Shown here piece after piece: positions 40,144 through 52,831 of a DNA stretch of 64,000 nt. Source of the stretch: Chrysomallon squamiferum (taxonomy: Eukaryota; Animalia; Mollusca). Both the position numbers and the translations under genes were made by a program. The stretch spans positions 22,816,001 through 22,880,000 of the forward strand of contig CM022677.1 of NCBI GenBank assembly GCA_012295275.1, read 5' to 3'. The notes beneath the pieces were generated by a model. The model saw only the letters and a list, made by a program, of their open reading frames with translations, made no database searches and was not told where the DNA came from. Each line of letters opens with the position of its first letter. Positions within the stretch are counted from its first letter, which is position 1.

Positions 40144-40340
40144 TCATCAACAGCTGTCTTCTATCACGTCAAGATATCAACAGCTGTCTTCTATCACGTC
40201 AAGTTCTCTCATCAACAGCTGTCTTCTAGCAAGTCAAGATATCAACAGCTGTCTTCTAGCAAGTCAAGATATCAACAGCTGTCTTCTATCACGTCAAGTT
40301 CTCTCATCAACAGTGGTCTTCTAGTAAGTCAAGATATCTC
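40144..40340. repeat. 30/35-bp minisatellite (atcaacagctgtcttctagcaagtcaagat), about 6 units
   Basis: The same array has about 20 units in copy B. Confidence 0.9.
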
Positions 40341-41389
40341 ACCAAAAGAGTTAAAATACCAGGAAAAAAGTGTTCCTTTTGTTGTTGTTTTTTGTGATAA
40401 TAATAATTAATTTGTAATAGTTTTTTCTCTGAGTAGGTATGTGATTCTAGTGTTTGTGTCTTTGTTAAGAAATTTATGACTTAATGCCCTTACATTTCTG
40501 TTTAAAGCCAAACCAACAATTAGCTATGGCCTAAAAAGATTATGTGTTCATATTTTCTTGTTGTAAGTCAGCAGGCAGATGTGTGTGTGTTTTTCTTTGC
40601 ATTAATAGTAAAACTAACGTACTTAACTTTAAAAACGTTGCAACCAAAAGTGAACTCACCTGGGAATACATGTGTATTTTCGTGTGTGTGTGTGTATGTG
40701 TGTGTGTGTGTGTATTTATACATATACATATATATACACACATGTCTGTGTGCGTGAGTGTGTTGTGTGTTTGTGTATAGATTCTAAGAATGCATTACTT
40801 TAAATTTATGCAGATCTGCTGTCTGGTGTGTATGTGTGAACTCATAAGACTGTTTTAATACTATGTACATTTAACATTTAACGTCTTGTGTTTGATTCCT
40901 CTTAGTATCTGAAACAGAATAAAAGATCTAACAGATATAAAGTACATCTGTGACTTTAGATAAATAATCATCTAATAGAAATCTTCTTTATATGTGTTTA
41001 ATTATGAGTTTCTCTCTCTGTTACCACCACCATCAGAGGGTGTTTTCTTCATGTAAGCTTGTTATTACTGTGTCAGTGTGATTCATTTAAAGATGACATG
41101 ATAACAAGCCATACAAGAGATCACACAAGGCTCTTTGTTTTAGTTGACTGCATTGTTGAAAGATCATACAGGAATGTCGAAAGACACTGAATAATAGTTT
41201 TTACGTAGACCCTTGGCAACCCACCAACATAGTGTGAGATAGGACAGGAAAATTTGAAATTAAGACGCATGGACACGCAATCACTATTTTAGTGGAGAAT
41301 AGTTTTACTATGTGTGTCAGAAGTCTTTATCGGTTTAGGGAAGCAAACATTACACAGTGCCTTAAGTTAAATGTGAGCTTGTTGTGCGT

Positions 41390-41748
41390 ATTTCACCACC
41401 GTCATGCACTGATGTGTTGTGTGTTTCACCGTCCTGTGTTGATGTGTTGTGTGTTTCACCGTCCTGCGTTGATGTGTTATGTGTTTCACCGTCCTGCGCT
41501 GATGTGTTGTGTGTTTCACCGTCCTGTGTTGATGTGTTGTTGTTTCACCGTCCTGTGTTGATGTGTTGTGTGTTTCACCGTCCTGCGTTGATGTGTTGTG
41601 TGTTTCACCGTCCTGCGTTGATGTATTGTGTGTTTCACGTCCTATGTTGATGTGTTGTGTGTTTCACCGTCCTGCGTTGATGTGTTGTGTGTTTCACGTC
41701 CTGTGTTGATGTGTTGTGTGTTTCACCGTCCTGCGTTGATGTGTTATA
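41390..41748. repeat. 30-bp minisatellite (gtgtttcaccgtcctgcgttgatgtgttgt)
   Basis: About 12 units; explains the ORFs at 41292-41849. Confidence 0.95.
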
Positions 41749-41926
41749 TGTCAAGATATCAACAGCTCTCTTCTATCATGTCAAGTTCTCTCATCAACAT
41801 GCTACTCGTACCCACTAGCTTATTTGATACTATGAAAACTACTGGGTAAAAAAACAAACAACAACACATAAATAGCAAGAACCATTTTGTTTATTTATTA
41901 ATAAAACTAAGCCGGTCATATTATGT

Positions 41927-42062
41927 TTAGTGTCGAGAAATCCAGTCGTAAAAATGACTAATTCTGGTGAACACGCTAGGAGAGTTAGGCTGGCACTCCT
42001 CCTCCTCCATGATGTCACCCCAGCTATGTCACCTCAACATTTCAACGTACACCGCTATCACC
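41927..42062 (-). pseudogene. Orphan terminal exon of a trypsin/chymotrypsin-family (S1A) serine protease, frameshifted
   Basis: After a T-rich acceptor (AG at 42064-42063), the minus strand reads GDSG / TLKC*GDIAGVTSW / EECQPNSPSVFTRISHFYDWISRH*, followed by AATAAA (about 41895). It matches GDSGGP..C....GVTSWG..C..P..PSVFTRVS.Y.DWI, and the phase-0 intron before GDSG is typical of the family. Confidence 0.85.
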
Positions 42063-42856
42063 CTCGCAACAAAAATAAACGAAAACACTCATTACAACAT
42101 TACTACTGATAAAAAAAAAAATGTTAACGCAGACACACACACATGTACACAGAGGCAGATATTATATATTAGTAATAATAAAATAAATAAAAAAACAAAA
42201 CAAATAATAAATAAATATTATTACTCTGCAGGTTCCTCCATTAAATTAAAAAAATGTGGTTAATTTCTGATTAATAATCAAACAGCAAAACACACCACAC
42301 ACGCACACAGAGAAGAAGACTGGAATTTTTTTACTCGTAGGTTTGTTCTGAAATGCTGGGTTTTAACTAGATCACAAACATCTCGTTTTTCTACAGAAAC
42401 ATGCTGAAACGTGTTAAACTTTCCGAAGCATTAAACGTTATGAATCTGTTATTTAATGAATGATAGAAATCATATGCCGCGGATTGAACTCAAGTATTAT
42501 ATAAAGCAGCTATCTTAGATTAAAAACAGCTTGCTGTGATTGGTTTGATAAGACACGTGATACGAGTGTTAACGCGCAGTTACTGTAAAGAGTAAGCAAA
42601 CGTCCAACTGGAGGGAGTAATATTAATTTACCTTGCTAGCTTTAATCAGTCAGTTACTTTACGCAAACATATTTCTAATTATTAGTATTATTAGTAGTAT
42701 TAGTACTATTATAAGTAATAATAATAGTAGGTCTTTCACGTATATTTTAAGGGATTCTTTATTTTTCGGAAAGGAAGAACGTGAAGAGAAGAAGAAAGAA
42801 AATTGGTAAGATGTTTTTCTTTCTTTATTATTGCTATTATTAAATAAAAGGATGTC

Positions 42857-44998
42857 TATGAGAGACAGAGAGAGAGAGAGATAGATAGAGAGAGACAGAG
42901 AGAGAGAGAGAAAGCGAGAGAGGCAGAGGGAGAAAGAGAGACAGAGAGACAGAGAGAGAAAGAGAGATACAGAGAAAGACAGGGGGATAGAGAAAGAGAG
43001 ATAGAGACAGAGAAAGAGACAGAGAGAGAAAGAGAGAGTCAGAGATACAGAGAGAAAGAGAGAGATAGAGAGAGAAAGAGAGAGAGACAGAGAAAGACAG
43101 GGGAGAGAGAAGAGAATGACAGGAGAAACAGACAGAGAAAGCGAGAGAGACCGAGAGAGACAGAGAGAGACAAAGAGACCCATATAAAGAAAGAGACAGA
43201 GAGAAAGCGTGAGAGACGGAGAGAGAAAAAAAGAGAAAGAGAGATAAAAAAAGAGAAAGAGAAAGAAAGAGAGAGAAAGACACAGAGAGAGTCAGAGAGA
43301 GAAAGAGAGAGTCAGAGAGAGAAAGAGAGAGACAGAAAGAGAAACAGAGAGACAGAGAAGAAAAGAGACACTGAGAGAAAGCCACTCAGAGAGAGAAAGG
43401 GAGAAATACCGAGAGAGACAGAGAGCAAAAGATACTTGAGAGAGAGAAAGCGAGAGTGACGGAGAGAGAGAGACAGATAGAGACAGTTAGAGAGAGAAAG
43501 AGAGAGAAAGAATGAGTTAGAGCGAGAAAGAGGGAGCCAGAAAGAGAGACAGAGACAGAGAGAGATATCAGAGAAAGACAGAGAATCAGAGAGAGAGAGA
43601 CAGGCAGAGACACTGAGAAAGAGAGAGATAGAGAGAAAGAGAGACAGAGTCAGAGATACAGAGACAGAGAGAGAAAGGGAAAGATACTGAGATAGACAGA
43701 GAGACAGACAGATGAGACAGACAAATAGAGACAGAGAGAGAAAGAGAGTCAGAGGAAGAATGAGATAGAGCGAGAAAGAGAGAGACAGAGAGAGAAAGAG
43801 ACACATGGACAGAGAGAGACAGAAAGGGAGTCAGACAAAGAGAGAGAGGGAGCCAGAAAGAGAGAAAGAGAGACAGAGACAGAGAGAGATAGTCAGAGAA
43901 AGACAGAGAATCAGAGAGAGAGAGACAGGCAGAGAAACTGAGAAAGAGAGAGATAGAGAGAAAGAGAGACAGAGACAGAGATACAGAGACAGAGAGAGAA
44001 AGGGAAAGATACTGAGATAGACAGAGAGACAGAGAGATGAGACAGACAAATAGAGACAGAGAGAGAAAGAGAGTCAGAGGAAGAATGAGATAGAGCGAGA
44101 AAGAGAGAGACAGAGAGAGAAAGAGAGACAAGGACAGAGAGAGACAGAAAGGGAGTCAGACAAAGAGAGAGAGGGAGACAGAAAGAGACAGTAAGAGAGA
44201 TAAAGAGCAGAGTAAGAAAGACAGAGACAGAGAGAAACACACAGAGATTGAAAGAGTGACAGAGACAGAGAGACAGAGAGAGATAGACAGACAAAGACAG
44301 AGAGTCAGAGAGACAGAGAAAGACAGCGTCAGAGATGCAGAGAGAGAACAGAGACAGAAAGAGACAGGCAGAGAAACTGAGAAAGGGAGAGACAGAGAGA
44401 AAAAGAGAGAGACAGAAAGAGAGACAGAGGGAAAGAGACACAGATACAGTGAGAGAAGGAGACAGAGACAGGGAAAGATACTGAGAGAGACAGAGAGACA
44501 GAGAAAGGAGACACACAGAGAGAGATAAACAGAGAGACAGAGAGAGGAGAGAAGGACAGAGAAAGACAGAGAGAAAGCGAGAGAGACGGAGAGAGAGACA
44601 AAGAGACAGAAACAGAGAAAAAAGATAGTCAGAGAAAGAATGAGATAGAGCGAGAAAGAGAGAGACAGAGAGAGAGAGTCAGACAAAGAGAGAGAGAAGC
44701 AGAGAGTGAGAGTAAGAGAGATAAAAGAAAAAGAGAGAGCAGAGAAGAAAGAGAGATAAAGAGAGAAACAGAGTGAGAAAGACAGAGGCAAAAACATATA
44801 CACAGAGATAGAAAGAGTGACAGAGACAGAGAGAGACAGAGAAAGACAGCGTCAGAGATGCAGAGAGAGAACAGAGACAGAAAGAGACAGGCAGAGAAAC
44901 TGAGAAAGAGAGTGAGGCAGAAAGAGAGACAGAGAGAAAGAAAGAGGACAGAGGCAGAGATAAGCGAGAAAAGGAGACAGAGACAGAGAGAGAAAGGG
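42857..44998. repeat. 2.1-kb complex GA-rich purine tract with an internal about 325-bp tandem duplication
   Basis: Degenerate (GA)n/(GACA)n; 43515-43830 recurs at 43845-44170. Explains the S/L-rich ORFs. Confidence 0.95.
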
Positions 44999-45573
44999 AA
45001 AGCTGGTTTTCATAGCCTTTCAGTTAGCTCGTTCATTATAGTGATGTTTTTAAACGATACAGTAAAAGTATTTTCCAATGTCATTGTTCCAAATATCAAA
45101 TACATTAAATAATAATAATGCTTTAATAATAATTTCAATAATAATAATAATAATAATAATTATAAAAAATAATAGCAGCAGTTGTAGTACTACTATTATT
45201 ACTACTACTAATAATAAGAATAATAAAATCTAAAATGTTTGGGTTGGAGATTTATTCTTATTTTATCTGACCTATTCATAACAACAAATTCTACTCCACA
45301 AAAAAGTAAAGAAAAATTAACCTGAGTGTCGATACGTTCCAGTCACTGTCTCACGACATGTGTATCAGATAACTATTATTGTGTTTCTTTTTATCCACAC
45401 AGTGGAAAACATGAAGACATTCTTGCTGTGACTGATATGTGTGTAAAGTGCAGTGCGCCTGTAAGCTACATTCTAATCATTACAGTATAAAACGAAACAA
45501 GTAGTGTTAGTCAGTTATTCATTATTAATAATTACTTTTTTGAACAGCAAACATAGGAACTTAGTTGATGCAG

Positions 45574-45617
<44 letters not shown>

Positions 45618-46348
45618 CACCAAAGAATATTTTTGTTTTCTGAATAAATAAACGAACAAACAAACACACAAACAAACGCACAAACAAGAACATTTCCAAT
45701 ATTATTAAAGTAAATATCATTAATTAATAAGTACATTATATAGTATTGGTAGTAATCGTAATAACTGTATAGCCATACAAATAATTAATTAATTATGTAA
45801 ACGGTCATATTTTAGTTTTGTCATTATGTCACGTGATTCAGATGGATGACAGTAGTAGAAAGGTGTTGTGAAGTTATTTTAATGACTATTTTATTATTTC
45901 CTAATTAAAAAAATGGTCAAGCCATTTAACATTGTAATGTTTCCAGTGTAGCTGTTGGATGTCTGTCTGTGTGTTCAACTATCTTTCTCATTTTTATTTC
46001 TCACCATTAATTTTTACAAATCTCAGTACCGGCCCTGTCACCCTCCTCTTAGGTTATGTGAATCAGTCCTTTGTTTAAACTAACTTGAACGTGCACAGTA
46101 AACAAAAGACAAAACGTAATCTCTAACACCTGGATTTAAAACACGTGTCTAAGATATCCAGTACTATCTAATTTAATTTGTAGTCACGTTTTCCGTGTCT
46201 CGGGTTTTCCTTTTGTTTTCTTTAACCTACCGGTTCTCTTGTTCTTAATTCATTATTTATTTATTTATTTGTTTATGTTTGTATTTATTTATTCATTTCT
46301 GTGTATTCCTTTACATTTTTGTTCACGTGTGAAAGAGAGAGACAGGAA

Positions 46349-46394
<46 letters not shown>

Positions 46395-46739
46395 GTATCT
46401 CAACTTACGAGTGGTCTAACACGAGTTACGAGCAGTTGCCCGGTCGATTTTTTGCTTTGAGTTGCGAGCCAAAATCTGAGTTAAGAGCGAGCTTCAGATA
46501 TGCCGCCATTAGTTGGCGCAACCATCAACACAACATCCGGCCAGCATCCCGCGTCTTACTCATTTACTTCACGTAGTTATCTCGCCGAGGAAACATCTCT
46601 GGTGTGTAGTGCTCGGTTTTCTGTAGTATTTTGCCAAATTTCTTTTTTTTACCATGGATCTTTAGAAATTGCAGAAACTGATTTCTATTGTAATCTAGTT
46701 TAAAAAAATATGTAAATGAAGTCAAAGCAATATATATAA

Positions 46740-47107
46740 ATATATACAGGTAATGGTAGAATATTACTTTCTTGAAATGTTTTTTTTTTTTTTTTCTTTA
46801 TATACTTTGGAGTACATGTTTGTAATTTAGTTTGTAAAATATTTCGTCGTCTGCTTTATGGAAAGTTTTCAACAGCAAAATTTCTCAAAAAAAAAAGTTA
46901 CACTCGAGCCTTGTGACAAGATTCTACATCTACGTATTGTTTAATAATTCATTTTCGATTATCTGCCCTTGAAAACTTTCCATAAAGCAGACGACGAAAT
47001 ATTTTACAAACTAAATTACAAACATGTACTCCAAAGTATATAAAGAATACAAAAAAAAAGCAAAAAACATTTCAAGAAAGTAATATTCTACCATTACCTG
47101 TATATAT
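46740..47107. repeat. Long inverted repeat, copy B (arms 46740-46872 and 46969-47107)
   Basis: Duplicate of 36684-37059. Confidence 0.95.
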
Positions 47108-50100
47108 AAAGAAGTCAAATCTTCGTGATTCTTAGAATCTACATTTAACTGACCAAACCATAAATAACAAATACCGGAAATAAAAGAGAAATCGCGCCTC
47201 CACCCGAAATAACATATTATATGAAATTATATGAGAGTAATCTCCTTCTTTCTTTCTTTCTTCTGTTTGTGGGGTTCTCGGTGTAAGTCATTGCACACCA
47301 CAGAAAATCGCTGATAACGAAACGTCGTATACAGCTGTATAATGAGTAATAAATGTAAATGTGTAGGTACGTTCCAGGAATATCAGTTTACATTATACAT
47401 TATACCGTATATATTAATATGTGATAAATAAGTAAAATATAAATAATAAAAATAAATACACTGGACGCTGTCAAAACCGGATGATTCATTGAGACCAACG
47501 TGATATACCGTTTTAGACAGAGTGCAGATTTCTAAAGACTAAAATGACAAAAAATGGAATATTTTTTTTTACAAATCAGTTGTCAGAGGATAAACAGTCT
47601 GTCATTGATGACAGCGTTTTTTTTTTTTTTTTAGCTTTTTTCATATTTCTTTCTCTGTCATGTACTTCAAGTTTAACCTTAATTGCACAATCTGCTTTCG
47701 ATAACAGCAGCAAAAGATTTAATTTGTTTTCTCATTTTAAGATAATCAGTGTTTGTTTGTTTGTATGTTTGTACCTTTAGTCCATTCAGATTTTTAATTC
47801 GTTTTCTCTGTGATTTTTCTACAGTTGCATGTAACAATCACTACATATGTATGTATAGCTAAATATGTTTGTTTACACTGGAAACACGTGCAAATCTAAT
47901 AATAATCTTGTTCTTCTAGCTGCATATAGTATTACAAGAACCTTGATATCATTGTTTGTTAAGCCATCAAAGAAGAACGATCATTTTATCTCACGCGCTA
48001 GTCTAATTATGTTCATTATAAAAATAAAAAACACTCCTCAAAAAAAAAAAAAAAAAAAAAAAAAAGATTAAAATGTACATTACAGCTGTCATTTAGTATA
48101 CACCTCTCAAGTTTTGAATATTTAGAAGGGTTGCCTGCAGTTTCTTCTTAAAAATACTTACACATAAGATGTCAGTTTTAACTGACACTACTGATTAATC
48201 GTGCATTCAAACTGGCCATTTTAAGTCATTTCTATTTTGTATTATTTTATTACAGTACATTTTATTTTTTATTTTATTTTATGATTATATTTGAATAAAT
48301 GTCAGTTTTTATACAAAATCATTACACTTTATTTCATTTCTATTTTTCTTTTTCTTTTTCATTCTTTCTCTCTGTAGAGGACTATATTCCGTGAAATATC
48401 AAGAATCTCCTCTTAAGTAAATAAATACAGTACAGTAACGTGATATTAGCAGTATTAAGTAAATAAATACAGTACAGTAACGTGATATTAGCAGTATTAA
48501 GTAAATAAATACAGTACAGTAACGTGATATTAGCAGTATTAAGTAAATAAATACAGTACAGTAATGTGATATTAGCAACATTAAGTAGATAAATACTGTG
48601 CTGTAATGTGATATTAAGTAAATAAATAAGATGGTGTAAGATTCTAATCATGTTTATGTAAATAATTTTCAGTTTTACAAACAATGGAAGTTTTCTAAAT
48701 ATTTCTTTCTTTTTGTTTACAGTAAAGCTGGAGAAGTAATATAATAATCCTACATCCCAGTTTGGAAATGTGTTACAGTTTTGTTTTGTTATCTTAAAAG
48801 TGGATTTAAAATAAGTATATTCGTGTCGTTGTTTATTTTAGTTACTTTTTTGTTGTTGTTGTAGTTGTTGTTTTTTGCCAGAGTTTTAATTCAGTGGATA
48901 CATTATCCGTTTTGATAATTAAAATACTTTAATCTAACTTTTTCTCTTCTTTCGACAGCAAATATACTGGCATCCCGTACTTAATCTGAAACAAAAATAA
49001 TAGAAAATTATATATATGTATGTATGTACGTAAATATGTGTGTGTGTGTGTGTGTGTATTGCATATGTTAATATGTCTATATCAGAGATGATCTAGTATT
49101 AAAGTCCTTTGATTTGTAGCTATATTATATTATATTATATAAACATATCTATATCACGGACTGCTCCCCCTGCCCACGCGCTTCACAATTTCAAAACTTG
49201 TTTTAATGCTAACCCTACTATACATAATACAAAAACCTATATATCGTGCGTGTTAACATTTGATGATCGTTATAACACTGAAGTCAGTCTGTTTGAACTC
49301 CTGGATTGCAGCAATATAATAGTCTGGTTTATTTCGCTGGCAACATTTCAGACACTTGAGAAAATACATTGTCACAATCATTTTAACAGGAACAGAAAGA
49401 TAACAGGATAGTTCTGGAAATAAGGCGTTTTGTTAACAACACAACTCAAATCCAGTACAACCTGCACCCAATTAAGTTGTCTACTGTTTAGGTGCAAGTT
49501 GTCTTATCTTTCAGATACCTGTTGTTTTATCTTTTAGTTACACGTTGTCTTAACTTTTAGTTTTGCGAAATTTTAGTTACAAGTTGTTTTATCTTTTAGT
49601 TGTTTTAGTTACATGTTACATCGTCCTGTATTGATGTGTTTTTGTATGTATGTTTCATCCTCATCCTGCACTGATGTGTTGTCTGTATTTCATCATCATC
49701 CTGCACTGATGTGTTGTCTGTGTTTCATCATCATCATGCACTGATGTGTTGTCTGTATTTCATCACCATCATGCACTGATGTGTTGTCTGAATTTCATGA
49801 CCGTTCATATTGATGAATGCAATGCCGTCTTCTTAAGAAAGCACATTTAGTTGCTTTTGAGTTGATATCTGAAGCTTACAGATAAAAATGATGGAATCGC
49901 CAAAAGAAGAGTAGAATTTTTTTTTTGGAAGAAAAGAAATCATTTTTGATGGATAACGTAAGTCATTAGCAGGAAGATAGTTTTGAGAATCTTACACAAA
50001 CAGTTTTGATGAGAGGACTTTATAAATTCAAGGCTGTACATACTAGATATTAGAACTGAGAATTAAATCTAGATTTAAATATTTACACGCCACGTTTTCT

Positions 50101-50225
50101 GAAGTCTAACAACTTTTAACCCTTTCTTTAAGGACATTACTCACTGAAATAATAGCGCTTAACATAAGCTGCTGCTTGTTGTTGCATGTCTTGCCAATGG
50201 TGCTGTTCTATCATCACTAGATAGC

Positions 50226-50867
50226 TCATCAACAGCTGTCTTCTATCACGTCAAGATATCAACAGCTGTCTTCTATCACGTCAAGTTCTCTCATCAACAG
50301 CTGTCTTCTATCAAGTCAAGATATCAACAGCTGTCTTCTAGCAAGTCAAGATATCAACAGCTGTCTTCTAGCAAGTCAAGATATCAACAGCTGTCTTCTA
50401 TCACGTCAAGTTCTCTCATCAACAGCTGTTTTCTATCACGTCAAGTTCTCTCATCAACAGCTGTCTTCTAGCAAGTCAAGATATCAACAGCTGTCTTCTA
50501 GCAAGTCAAGATATCAACAGCTGTCTTCTATCACGTCAAGTTCTCTCATCAACAGCTGTCTTCTAGCAAGTCAAGATATCAACAGCTGTCTTCTAGCAAG
50601 TCAAGATATCAACAGCTGTCTTCTATCACGTCAAGTTCTCTCATCAACAGCTGTCTTCTAGCAAGTCAAGATATCAACAGCTGTCTTCTAGCAAGTCAAG
50701 ATATCAACAGCTGTCTTCTATCACGTCAAGTTCTCTCATCAACAGCTGTCTTCTAGCAAGTCAAGATATCAACAGCTATCTTCTAGCAAGTCAAGATATC
50801 AACAGCTGTCTTCTATCACGTCAAGTTCTCTTATCAACAGCTGTCTTCTAGTAAGTCAAGATATCTC
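50226..50867. repeat. Expanded 30/35-bp minisatellite with a 30+30+35 higher-order unit
   Basis: About 20 units versus about 6 at 40144-40340. Confidence 0.9.
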
Positions 50868-52750
50868 ACCAAAAGAGTTAAAATACCAGGAAAAAAGTGT
50901 TCCTTTTGTTGTTGTTTTTTGTGATAATAATAATTAATTTGTAATAGTTTTTTCTCTGAGTAGGTATGTGATTCTAGTGTTTGTGTCTTTGTTAAGAAAT
51001 TTATGACTTAATGCCCTTACATTTCTGTTTAAAGCCAAACCAACAATTAGCTATGGCCTAAAAAGATTATGTGTTCATATTTTCTTGTTGTAAGTCAGCA
51101 GGCAGATGTGTGTGTTTTTCTTTGCATTAATAGTAAAACTAACGTACTTAACTTTAAAAACGTTGCAACCAAAAGTGAACTCACCTGGGAATACATGTGT
51201 ATTTTCGTGTTTGTGTGTGTGTATGTGTGTGTGTGTGTGTATTTATACATATACATATATATACACACATGTCTGTGTGCGTGAGTGTGTTGTGTGTTTG
51301 TGTATAGATTCTAAGAATGCATTACTTTAAATTTATGCAGATCTGCTGTCTGGTGTGTATGTGTGAACTCATAAGACTGTTTTAATACTATGTATCTCAC
51401 TGGCGTCGGGATTTGAGGATATAGATCAAGTATAAATAAAAATAGTCTTTGAATGTGGATCTCTGTGTCTGCATGTGTGTGTGTGTGTGGGGGGTCCGTT
51501 GAGTGTGTATTTCTGTGTGTGTGCGTCGTATATGTGTGTGTTTCTGCATGTACACTCATGGCATTAATTTATTAGTAGGCATCTGTGTCTGAGGATAAAC
51601 CTATGTTTGATAACACACGCAAATGTAACTGTAACAATAAATAAAAAATAGTCTTTGAATATGTGTTTATACGTGTGTGCGTGTGTGTACATATGTATCT
51701 GCGTTTTGTCTGTTACCTTTAGAAATGGTTGTCATAGTAGTATTTGAAATAGAAAAAAAAAAATATATATATATCTATATATTTTAAGAATGATAAAATA
51801 TAATAACTCAAAATAAACAAGAACCTAGATAGACAATCATGTAATATAATTTCTTACCTATGTTTGTATTATCGTACATTTAAAGCCTATTCGTATCTGA
51901 AACAGAATAAAAGTTCTAACTGATATAAAGTACATCTGTGAATTTAGATAAATAATCATGTAATCGAAATCTTCTTTACCACGACCATCAGAGGGTGTGT
52001 TCGTCATGTAAGCTTGTTATTGCTGTGTCAGTGTGATTCATTTAAAGATAACAATGTAACAAGCCATACAAGAGATCACACAAGGCTCTTTGTTTTAGTT
52101 GACTGCATTGTTGAAAGATCATACAGGAATGTCGAAAGACACTGAATAATAGTGTTTACGTAGACCCTTGGCAACCCACCAACATAGTGTAAGATAGAAC
52201 AGGAAGAATTGAAATTAAGACGTATGGACACGCAATCACTATTTTAGTGGAGAATAGTTTTACTATGAGTGTCAGAAGTCTTTATCGGTTTAGCGAAGCA
52301 AACGTTATACAGCGCCTTAAGTTAAATGTGAGATTTATAATAAGTCTGTATCATTATTTGAATTAGTGTTGCTGTATTAGTGGCGGTTTTACTTGAATAA
52401 TAATGTGAAGCTATATTAAAAGAGCTAAATTTCGAATGTCCCATATTTAAATGTTTTAAGACATTTATACAGTCCAAAGAGGCAAAACGGGTTGTCAATC
52501 ACTTACATAAATTTGAATTAAAAATAACTTGAAGCACCTGAAATATTAATGCAGTAGTGAATCTTATTATGCCTATTTCCACTTTATTTTGAAATCCTTC
52601 TTTACAACTGCACTGTGTGTTTCTCACTTTGGTGCATTTCTCTACTAAAGTTACTAATTAAATGTTCAAAAATAAACGCTGATTTTACGTTCTGCTTGTG
52701 ATTACTATTAGATAAATAGATGTTTTAACTACATTTATTTATTTATTCAT

Positions 52751-52831
<81 letters not shown>

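Larger units (their letters stand above)
35658..42840 (+). repeat. Segmental duplication, copy A
   Basis: 35658-40867 is near-identical to 45716-51394. 40905-41376 matches 51894-52331 with more differences, and 42249-42840 matches 53905-54570. Confidence 0.95.

Noticed and set aside
42659-45112. Long S/L-rich and E/R-rich ORFs
   Set aside because: They are translations of the GA/CT tract, which lacks stop codons by composition.
45320-45470. Possible protease TAAHC exon (minus strand) or signal-peptide exon MKTFLL (plus strand)
   Set aside because: Both readings need several corrections over a short length and are indistinguishable from chance.
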